Assembly: GCA_965242695.1 (NCBI GenBank)
Contig: CBDESU010000001.1
Span: 1,632,001-1,696,000 of the forward strand
Length of the DNA stretch: 64,000 nucleotides
Origin: Cenarchaeum sp.
GTDB taxonomy: Archaea > Thermoproteota > Nitrososphaeria > Nitrososphaerales > Nitrosopumilaceae
Reading direction: 5' to 3'
The notes beneath the pieces are model-generated. The model was not told the origin of the DNA and did no database searches. It was given only the letters and a program-made list of their open reading frames with translations. Below, in pieces: positions 30,693-38,766 of the stretch (positions are counted from its first letter, which is position 1; each line of letters starts with the position of its first letter). The position numbers and the translations under genes are program-made.

Positions 30693-31240
30693 CAAAAGCG
30701 ACGTATGGGTGGTGGCGGCACGGCATCTGGGCGCCGGCGAACCCGGTGCGGCCGCGCGGCCTGTAGGACAGGTCGCATGGCCGGAAGTGCCGGACAGTAT
30801 CAACACACGACGCATGCAGGCAAGCTGTGAGTGGCGCCCCCAAGGGTCGCGGCAACGGCAGGTGTCAGGATCGCCGCCGCGCACAGCACGGCTGCGGTGG
30901 CATCCTCTGCCATCGGCACCGACGCATCTCCAAGGCCGCCATGCACCGCAGGGCGCCCCTTTTGGGCTGCGCTGACGTTCAGGACGGCTGGGCGCGGCCA
31001 GCGCACGGTCTGCCCGCGTCAGATCGAGTTTGCGCTCAGCGGCCTGATCCGGACTAGGCAGGCGGCCCGTTCACGCCAAGCTGAGCCGTCGCAGGTAGCC
31101 GTCGCGCGCACCTGACAGGGCCGGCGCCGCAACAAGAGTGCGTGCGGGTGACTTGGCCGCACAGTTTATCACGGCATGGCCGCGCCGCATCGTGGTTGTA
31201 CCGCACTTGCATGGGGGAGGTGGCGCGCACGAAGACTGGC

Positions 31241-31313
31241 AGGTACGCGGAGGTGGCGCAGCCAGCTAGTGCTGGCTTACGCCACCCCTAAGAACCGCCC
31301 TTTGACGGCCCCT
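31241..31313 (-). ncRNA. Putative structured ncRNA associated with DUF3800, copy 1
   Basis: Two hairpins (AAAG and ACUA loops); differences from copy 2 preserve pairing on the minus strand; TTTATAG box about 21 nt upstream. Confidence 0.72.
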
Positions 31314-31333
31314 GACCGCGCCCCCCACCATGG

Positions 31334-31340
31334 CTATAAA
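31334..31340 (-). promoter_or_regulatory. TATA box (TTTATAG) for ncRNA copy 1
   Basis: Same spacing in both copies; purine-rich BRE-like sequence upstream. Confidence 0.6.
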
Positions 31341-31411
31341 TCCCCTCATCCCGAGTCTAGGAATCCCCGGAGCGGCCAAACGCGCCGCCACGCCCGTGCC
31401 CCGCAGCGGGC

Positions 31412-31506
31412 GCGTACAGGCTTGCATGTCGTGCCAGAGGCTCCCGCTTGCCAACGCCGCCGGCTCTCGGCAGCAGCCGGTGCGTACAGGCTTGCATGTC
31501 GTGCCA
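31412..31506. repeat. 25-bp direct repeat, two copies separated by 45 bp
   Basis: GCGTACAGGCTTGCATGTCGTGCCA at 31412-31436 and 31482-31506. Confidence 0.85.
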
Positions 31507-31754
31507 CAAAGGCTCAGCACCAACAAAGTGCAGGCGCCTCCCGAGACGCCGTGAGAGAACTCCCAAGTGGACCCATTGGAGACCAGAACTGGCGCCCAAG
31601 GGCCAGAGTGCACTCCACTCTGTAGAGCATGCATCCCCGTGCCGGCCGAGAGCATGGGCATGGCAGAGAGGTCCGGATAGGATCAGGCAAGAATCGACGT
31701 CTCGCCCGCACTCATCCTGTAACTCTTATATGCGGCATGGGTGCGCTACCGGGC

Positions 31755-32546
31755 ATGTACGAGATGTATGTCGATGAGAGCGGCAACCCGGCGCCCGCAG
31801 TCGAATCGTGCGGGGAGGACTACTTCGTCCTAGTCGGCATTGCTGTGCATGAAAAGGATGCCAGTGCTGCAAGGATGCGCGTCAGGGATCTCAATCAAGA
31901 GATTTCCACCACGGCGGGCTGCGCCGTGCCCGAATTTCACGCCGTAGATATTTGGAACTCCAGAGGGTTCTTTGACAAGCGCGAGCACCCCGTCACCCTG
32001 TCCACTAAACGCGACCTGTTTGGAAAAATGGCAGGCCATGTAGCACACCCCGACGTTTCAATGATTGATGTGATCGTCGACAAGGCAAGATACCCCGCAC
32101 AGAAGAAAGACCACATCATCCGTATGGCATGGTCTGCTCTTTTCGACCGGTTTGACTACTTCCTAAGTGAGCGCCCCAACGGGCCCGAGTGGGGAGTGAT
32201 GATAGGGGATAAAAACGATGCCGGCACCCGGTCCATCATAGCAGACGCCGTTAGAAAAAGGTCGGAGAAGTGCCTCGACCGGCACCCCCTACGCATGGGC
32301 CTGGTTGACGATGTCCGCTTCAGGAGTTCGCACGATGACGAAGGCCTCCAGATGGCAGACGGGGCGGCATTCATGATCCACAGGTTCCTGCGCGGTGATG
32401 ACACGTTCAAGGCGCAGTGTGACAGGATGCGATCAAGACGCATACACAGGTACGGCCAGCGCCAAGAGTGGCCAGAGAGGCGCCACCTTGCAAGTAGATA
32501 CGCGGAGGTGACGCAGCCCACTAGTGCGGGCTTACGCCACCCCTAA
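31755..32546 (+). CDS. DUF3800 domain protein
   Basis: N-terminal MYVDESG, YFVLVGI, EFHA, C-terminal S...GLQMADGAAF; TATA (CTTATA) about 24 nt upstream of the ATG. Confidence 0.88.
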   Translation: MYEMYVDESGNPAPAVESCGEDYFVLVGIAVHEKDASAARMRVRDLNQEISTTAGCAVPEFHAVDIWNSRGFFDKREHPVTLSTKRDLFGKMAGHVAHPDVSMIDVIVDKARYPAQKKDHIIRMAWSALFDRFDYFLSERPNGPEWGVMIGDKNDAGTRSIIADAVRKRSEKCLDRHPLRMGLVDDVRFRSSHDDEGLQMADGAAFMIHRFLRGDDTFKAQCDRMRSRRIHRYGQRQEWPERRHLASRYAEVTQPTSAGLRHP

Positions 32547-32568
32547 GAACTGCCCTTTGACAGCTCCT
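32496..32568 (-). ncRNA. Putative structured ncRNA associated with DUF3800, copy 2 (antisense overlap with the gene 3' end)
   Basis: 65 of 73 nt identical to copy 1; all 7 stem differences are compensatory or GU-consistent. Confidence 0.72.
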
Positions 32569-32588
32569 ACCGGCAACCCCCACCGGCA

Positions 32589-32595
32589 CTATAAA
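32589..32595 (-). promoter_or_regulatory. TATA box (TTTATAG) for ncRNA copy 2
   Basis: Same spacing to the first stem as in copy 1. Confidence 0.6.
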
Positions 32596-32771
32596 AGCCT
32601 TTTTCCCCTGCCCGCCTTTAAATAGTCACAAGGGGCCATGGGCTAGTCGCCACAGCGGCCCACAGTAAGCAGGCCGCCGCCGAGCCGGCCTGCGGCACTA
32701 CACCTCGCCCGCCACCAGCCGCCTGCCTCGCCCGGATTCGCCCTTAAATACGGCGCAGGCGTGTCCGCCCC

Positions 32772-34022
32772 ATGCATTCCGCCCGCCCGCGCCCAAAGCA
32801 CGCGCCCGCGGCCCCAGGCCGCCGGGCCGTCTTCGCCCTAGCAACGCTGGCCGCGGCAGCGGCGCTGGCCGCGTCCGCCGCGGCGGATCCCCCCGAGGCC
32901 CACGCGACGCCGGCGTGCACCGCGATCGACGCCGAAAAGGTCTGGCGCGCGTACGACGACATCTACACGGGAAGGGTGGCATCTGTCGAGCGCGCGCAGG
33001 GCCCCGCGGACAAGGAGAGTGCGCGGGTCCACTTCGAGCTGGCCCGCACCCTCAAGGGGAGCCCCGAGCAGGCCGGCTGGCACGTCGACATGCCGGCGCG
33101 GACGGAGTGCGCCGGCGGCTTTTGCGCAGGGGGCGCAGACCGGTACCCGCCCGGAACAGAGGTGCTCCAGCTCGGCGGCTTCAACGGGATGTACGCGCCG
33201 GCATCGGGGGCGTGCGGGGTCGGCAGCCCCGATGCGGGCACGAGGATCGGCGTGCCCGGCATGGTGTTTTCCTACTACAGGTCGCTCTACGGGTTCTCCC
33301 CGCCGCGCGACGAGCCGTGCGGCGATCCGGCCCACATCCTGGTCGTCAGGGAGCGGGGCGGCGGCAGGGCGGACGGGGCCGCCTGCGTCCGGCCATCGAC
33401 CGCCGACCGCCTAGGCTGGGAGCCGTTCGACAGGGAGGAGTGGGGCAGGTCGCATGCCCCGCCCGCGCCCGAGTACGACCTCCCCATAGTGCGCACCGCC
33501 AGGTCGGAGGGGCCTGGCGGCGCGGACTTTGCACTCTCCGCCTCGCGCCTTCCCGCTGCCGGCGAGACGGCCGTGGTGACGGCGGCGTACGCCGGCGGGA
33601 TCGAGGGGGGCCCCGGCCGCGGCGCCCCGTACGCGGCAAGCCTGTACCTCTCGCCGAACCTAGAGTTTGTCGGGCTCGACGGGGCCGTCCCGCGCCGGTC
33701 GCACTATCCCGACGGGCAGGGCTCGCTGTACGCGTTCGAGGTGCCCCCCGACGCCAGCGGCGCCCCGCACTCGCTCTCGGCCACCGTGCGGGCCGTCTCC
33801 GAGGGGTACGCCGAGATCGTGTACGCCGGCGATCGCCACAGTGTAGTGATCGAGATGCACGTCGGCCGCGAGGCGGGCCTGCTAGTCGACGACTACCACC
33901 GCGCATCGGCGCCCCTGCCTGACATGTCGGCCTTTCGCGACGGCTGGGGCAAGGGCGCCGGCCTCGGCCTCGGCCTCGGCCTCGGCGGCCCCGCCGGCGC
34001 GCTCCTGCCGTTCGCAAAGTGA
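32772..34022 (+). CDS. Secreted hypothetical protein (NTR/TIMP-like N-terminal domain, Cys-pair module, Ig-like C-terminal part)
   Basis: Signal peptide; C...YDDIYTGRVASV...VHFELARTLKG pattern; ACVRPSTADRLGW module. Confidence 0.65.
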   Translation: MHSARPRPKHAPAAPGRRAVFALATLAAAAALAASAAADPPEAHATPACTAIDAEKVWRAYDDIYTGRVASVERAQGPADKESARVHFELARTLKGSPEQAGWHVDMPARTECAGGFCAGGADRYPPGTEVLQLGGFNGMYAPASGACGVGSPDAGTRIGVPGMVFSYYRSLYGFSPPRDEPCGDPAHILVVRERGGGRADGAACVRPSTADRLGWEPFDREEWGRSHAPPAPEYDLPIVRTARSEGPGGADFALSASRLPAAGETAVVTAAYAGGIEGGPGRGAPYAASLYLSPNLEFVGLDGAVPRRSHYPDGQGSLYAFEVPPDASGAPHSLSATVRAVSEGYAEIVYAGDRHSVVIEMHVGREAGLLVDDYHRASAPLPDMSAFRDGWGKGAGLGLGLGLGGPAGALLPFAK

Positions 34023-34081
34023 CCGGCCGCCCGCGGGCGCGAAAAACTACACATAAATCAAAGCCGTGCGCGGCGGCGCCC

Positions 34082-35224
34082 GTGAGGGTTACCGTATCGG
34101 TGATCAAGGCCGACGTGGGCGGCATCGGCGGCCACACGCGGCCGAGCGACGGGCTGCTCGATGCGGTGCGCAGGCGCGTCGACGGGGCCCTCGGCGGGCT
34201 GCTCATAGACCGGTACATCGGATACTGCGGCGACGACGTCCACATCGTCATGTCGCACACGAGGGGCGCCGACAGCGAAGAGGTGCACCGCCTTGCATGG
34301 GACGCCTTCATGGACGGCACTGCCGTGGCCCGCGAAGAGGGGCTGTACGGCGCCGGCCAGGACCTCCTAAAGGACTCCTTCTCGGGCAACGTAAAGGGCA
34401 TGGGCCCCGGCGTGGCCGAGCTAGAGTTCGACGAGCGCCCCAACGAGGCGTTCACCGTGTTCGCCGCCGACAAGACCGAGCCGGGCGCGTTCAACTACCC
34501 GCTGTACCGCATGTTCGTGGACGCCTCTAGCAACACGGGCCTCATCGTCAACAAGTCGCTCGCCGAGGGCGTCGTCGTAGAGGTCATGGACGTGCAGGAG
34601 GGCGCGACCGCCGTCCTGTCGCTGTGGGAGGACAAGCCGACGCTCGAGGCGGCCCTCATGTACCCCGGCCGCTACGTCGTCTCGTCGGTCAAGACAAAGG
34701 GGGGCGAGCCGATCGTGGCCGCATCCACCGACCGCCTTCACAACATCGCCGGCACGTACGTCGGCAAGGACGACCCCGTCTGCGTCGTCCGCACGCAGAA
34801 AAAGTTCCCCGCCACCGAGGAGGCCGGCAGCGCGTTCGACAACCCCCACTACGTGGCCGGAAACACGCGCGGCAGCCACCACATGCCGCTCATGCCGGTG
34901 CGCCTAAACTCGGCGGCGACGACGAACTTTTGCATACCCATCGTCGAGTCGCTTGTGTTCAGCATGCGCGGCGGCAGGCTCACCGGCCCGTTCGACGGGT
35001 TTTCGACTCCCGACTGGGACCACATACGGTCGATCGCCACGAGGAGGGCCCTGGCCATGAGGCGGCAGGGCTTTGTGCACCCGGCGACCCTGGTTCCCGA
35101 CGAGCTAGAGTACGCCGAGGGGTACAAGGCGCGCATGAACGTGCTGCGCTCGAAGATGAGGCCGATCGAGGAGTCCGGCGGCGGCGATGCGGGGCGCCGC
35201 GCGCCGTACGAGGATCCGGACTAG
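34082..35224 (+). CDS. fbp: Fructose-1,6-bisphosphate aldolase/phosphatase
   Basis: SVIKADVGG, GDD, LYGAGQDLLKD, DKTEPGAFN, YVGKDDP, RGSH. Confidence 0.96.
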   Translation: MRVTVSVIKADVGGIGGHTRPSDGLLDAVRRRVDGALGGLLIDRYIGYCGDDVHIVMSHTRGADSEEVHRLAWDAFMDGTAVAREEGLYGAGQDLLKDSFSGNVKGMGPGVAELEFDERPNEAFTVFAADKTEPGAFNYPLYRMFVDASSNTGLIVNKSLAEGVVVEVMDVQEGATAVLSLWEDKPTLEAALMYPGRYVVSSVKTKGGEPIVAASTDRLHNIAGTYVGKDDPVCVVRTQKKFPATEEAGSAFDNPHYVAGNTRGSHHMPLMPVRLNSAATTNFCIPIVESLVFSMRGGRLTGPFDGFSTPDWDHIRSIATRRALAMRRQGFVHPATLVPDELEYAEGYKARMNVLRSKMRPIEESGGGDAGRRAPYEDPD

Positions 35225-35843
35225 TCGGGCCCTGTCGAGTGCGACGCCGGCAAGCAACGGCCAGGCAGGCTGCCGCGCCAGCCCGAAATGCACAGGCTCC
35301 CACTGCGGCACGGATCACGGCGCATGCGGCAACTTTCGGGGCTGCCTGTACGCGGTGCCTAGGCTTTTGGCTTCCCGCCGCCCGCCACATTTGGACATGC
35401 CGATACGCTTGGCATTTCGCCCCGTGCGCCTTACGGATCCCATACGCCTGCCCGCCCGGGCCGCATGGCCTCTTCGCGCCCTGCAAGCATCCTCACTAGG
35501 TCGGCATCCGCAAGAATCCCCTAGCCTCCGCCTCGCTCCGCGCAAGGGAGCGTCCATCGCGCCCCGCGGGCCTCGACTCGGCCGCCATCGCATGCCGCGC
35601 CCGCTCCGCCATTTGGAATGTTGTCGGGCCGAGCGTCCGGCGCACGGAGCCCCGCAGGGTCCGTAGCCGGAGCGCGTCGCTGTCGCTCTAGGCGGCAGGG
35701 CCGGCGCACGGCGCCCCGCAGTGGCATCATGTAGACATGGTCAAGTCCCAAACGCGATCGGCCATCCGCGCCATGCGCCTCGGGCAGACCCAAGGCTTCG
35801 CCTCTCCAGAGCGTACCGCCCAGCCGCCACGCAAGGCGTTATT

Positions 35844-37901
35844 ATGGCCCGCGCCAAGGCGGAAGTCGTGAGGCTGCTCAGCGCGCGCGTCCAAAACTAC
35901 AGGTCGATCGTAGACAGCGGCGAGGTGGCGTTCGATCCCGAGATCACGTGCATCGTGGGCAAGACGGGGAGCGGAAAGACCTCGTTTCTGAGGATGCTCG
36001 AGGGGGCGTCGCGCAGCGTCTGGTTCGAGGAGCGGGAGCTGCCCCGCTCGTCGGACGTCCTGCAGGACCTCCGCGACGGCAGAAGGAAGGCAGGCGAGAT
36101 CGTCCAGCTGGCCGCCGCCTTCGAGGTCGAGGATGCGGACCGGCCCCGCCTTCCAGAAGAGTACAAGGGCATCAAGGGCGTTTCAATAGCCAGGGCTTTT
36201 GACGGAAAGATCTCCATCTGCGCCGACGGAATGCCCCTAGAACGGCCACCCGCTGTATGTAAAACAGGGCGCCTGCCAGGAATGCTCAGGGTGCTCAACA
36301 AGGAGGTGGCGGCCGCAATCAGCGAGGTGGGCATCACCAATCCCAATGAAGCGGCCGAGTATGCAGAAGGCCTGAGAGAGACGATGTGCGAGCTTGAGGC
36401 GTCCGACATACGCAACAAACAGGAATTCGGGATCTTGATCTCGTCCCTACGCAACGCTGTTTACAGTGTGCCGCTCGGCAGAGAGGCCCGCACCGCGATC
36501 GATCAAACACTACGATCCATGGCGTGCCTAGCGGAGGAAGCCGACAGAGAGGTGAAAAATCATCCCGTTGAACGACTCTACAGTGAAATTCCCAAACCGC
36601 TGTACATGGAAGACGTATTCGAGCTAGACGACAAGATCTCGATCAATACGTTCACGTCAGACGCTGACGCATCTAGGACGTTTCGATGCATATCGGCCAT
36701 CTGCGGGCTTGCGCCGGGCGGCGTGCAAAGGGTGCGCAATGCCGACCCGTCCGAGCGCGCGGCATACCTCAAGGCGATGTCGGACAGGCTCAGCGATCGC
36801 CTCAACAGCCTTTGGAGCCAGGAGGTATACAGGTTCGAGCTGGCGGTCGACAGCGGAATGCTCCAATTGTGCGTATCCGACAAGACCACGGGCGCGACCA
36901 CCCTAGCCTCTGAGCGGAGCGAGGGATTCAAGTGGTGGGTGGCGTTCTTCTTGGAGGTGTCGGCGCTCCTGGCAGGGGGGAGCGGCAGGCGCGTCCTTCT
37001 GCTCGACAACCCCGCAACGGGGCTTCATGACGAGGGCAAGGGCGACGTTCTGCGGTTCGTCAGGACGGCCGCCGAGTCTGGGCGCCTTCAGATAGTCTAC
37101 TCGACGCACGAGCGGGCCCTGATCGATCCCTGGAGGACTGACCGCGTAAGGATCGTCGAGCTGGGCAAAGGTGGAACAAGGATAGCGACTGTCCCGGCAA
37201 AGTCCGACGGAGTGCAGCTCGAGCCGATCATGGGGAACATAGGCTCGCCTGCGCGATACTCGCTGTTCGGTGCGCCCCGCATGGTATGCTTCGAGTGGCC
37301 GAGCGACACGTACATCGTTTCGGCAGTCAACGAGTACATGCTGCAGGGGGGCGCACGGCCGGCTCTCGACAGGGGCACGTACTCGATCAACTCCATCGGC
37401 GGGATAGATGCGGCCCCGCATGCCTGCCGCCTGTACGGCGACCTGGGAATCGAGTTCATACTAGTCGTCGACAGCGGTACCGAGACCGAGCGTATGAAGA
37501 AGAGGCTGGGCGACGACCACGATGCTGAAGAGCGCATCGTGGAGCTCCGGCAGGTGCTAGGCAGGGATGCCGACATGGAGGACATGGTGGACCGCGGGCT
37601 CTACTACGAGGCGTTCAGGCTGGCGTACAGAGCCATACTGGCAGAAAATCTGCCACCGGTGGACGAGATCGATGGCAACCCTAGCCGAAAACGGGCCAAC
37701 AACTATGCAGAGTGGTTCAAGAAAAACAGCAAAGGGGAGTTCAAGAAGACGCTCGTTGCCCAGCAGATGTTCTCGGTGGTGATGGAGCGCGGCGGCGGCA
37801 CAGGGGCGCAGAAATCTGCGGCGCTCGACAAGACGGCGAAGAACTTTGCAGGGCTGTTTGGGATCGTAGCGGGCAGGTGCGGCGCGGATACAGGGCGGTG
37901 A
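35844..37901 (+). CDS. OLD-family-like ABC ATPase plus TOPRIM protein with degenerate motifs
   Basis: NYRSI, GKTGSGKT, signature SEGF, LLLDNP..GLH, STH, then TOPRIM-like FEWPSD...VVDSG...DMEDM. Confidence 0.82.
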   Translation: MARAKAEVVRLLSARVQNYRSIVDSGEVAFDPEITCIVGKTGSGKTSFLRMLEGASRSVWFEERELPRSSDVLQDLRDGRRKAGEIVQLAAAFEVEDADRPRLPEEYKGIKGVSIARAFDGKISICADGMPLERPPAVCKTGRLPGMLRVLNKEVAAAISEVGITNPNEAAEYAEGLRETMCELEASDIRNKQEFGILISSLRNAVYSVPLGREARTAIDQTLRSMACLAEEADREVKNHPVERLYSEIPKPLYMEDVFELDDKISINTFTSDADASRTFRCISAICGLAPGGVQRVRNADPSERAAYLKAMSDRLSDRLNSLWSQEVYRFELAVDSGMLQLCVSDKTTGATTLASERSEGFKWWVAFFLEVSALLAGGSGRRVLLLDNPATGLHDEGKGDVLRFVRTAAESGRLQIVYSTHERALIDPWRTDRVRIVELGKGGTRIATVPAKSDGVQLEPIMGNIGSPARYSLFGAPRMVCFEWPSDTYIVSAVNEYMLQGGARPALDRGTYSINSIGGIDAAPHACRLYGDLGIEFILVVDSGTETERMKKRLGDDHDAEERIVELRQVLGRDADMEDMVDRGLYYEAFRLAYRAILAENLPPVDEIDGNPSRKRANNYAEWFKKNSKGEFKKTLVAQQMFSVVMERGGGTGAQKSAALDKTAKNFAGLFGIVAGRCGADTGR

Positions 37902-38251
37902 AAGGGCACCGGCAGGGCGGGCAAATGCCCTGCCGCGCGGGCGCAGGGCGCAACATGCCCCGAACATCCAGCCCCGCCCCATCCCTAGCGCGCCCAAGGC
38001 CGCCACGTGACAACGGCCCACAGACGATCGGAGACGGGCGGTGCGGCTCGCCAGGCCCCCCCCCCCCACCCCAGCGCCCGACACCCACTCCCTCCAGCTC
38101 GATCGGCGCGCCCGCCCCCGGAAATGGCCCCGCCGAGGAGTGGCCGAGCCAGCACTCCCGGCGCGCCGCGCCGCGCGCGCATCCGCCGCCGCCAGGGGCG
38201 GGGCCGCCGGCAAACCTTAAATCAACACGCCTGCCGCCCCTGCCCGTAGCC

Positions 38252-38671
38252 ATGGCTCGCAGCAGGGCGTTCGAGGCAAAGACGTACATCATGACGTACC
38301 TTGCGACGGCGCTCGCGGTCGCCACATTCTCCCACTTCGTGGCCGGCCTGTTCGGGCAGACCATACCTAGCGTCGTCGCCGCGTTCTTCAAGGATGCAAG
38401 CGGCGCGTTCATCCTTGCCGTCGTCTTCGTCTTTGCCTTTGCGTGGCTGCTAAAGGCCAGGCCGCACAACCGCCCGTCGAGCTACTCGATCGTCGTCTTC
38501 GACGTCTACGGGCGCGAGACGGCCATCGACGGGATGCGCACCGAGTTCGGCACGCACGACGTGGCGTGGAGCTTTATGAGGCAGTACAAGGGATCGTACC
38601 CGCTGCACAACTTTGCCCTCGTCGCCGACGCGCCGCGCTCGGCAAAGAGGACGATATTCCGCTACCTGTGA
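38252..38671 (+). CDS. Conserved hypothetical membrane protein
   Basis: Two TM helices plus a soluble C-terminal domain; TATA upstream. Confidence 0.75.
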   Translation: MARSRAFEAKTYIMTYLATALAVATFSHFVAGLFGQTIPSVVAAFFKDASGAFILAVVFVFAFAWLLKARPHNRPSSYSIVVFDVYGRETAIDGMRTEFGTHDVAWSFMRQYKGSYPLHNFALVADAPRSAKRTIFRYL

Positions 38672-38766
38672 CTGGCGCGCGCCACCCGCCGCACTTTGCA
38701 TCCGCCCGGACAGGGGCGGCCGCGCGCCGCCGTGACTTTTATTCGGGGCGCGGCGCGGCGGCGGCA

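Noticed and set aside
31412-31506. CRISPR array
   Set aside because: Only two repeats, no leader and no cas genes; kept only as a low-interest repeat.
31241-32595. IS element or transposon with terminal repeats around DUF3800
   Set aside because: The repeats are direct, carry their own TATA box and covarying stems, and no target-site duplication or recognisable transposase is evident; mobility is not fully excluded.
35225-35843. About 600-bp spacer between fbp and the OLD-like gene
   Set aside because: No credible ORF, repeat or conserved structure seen.
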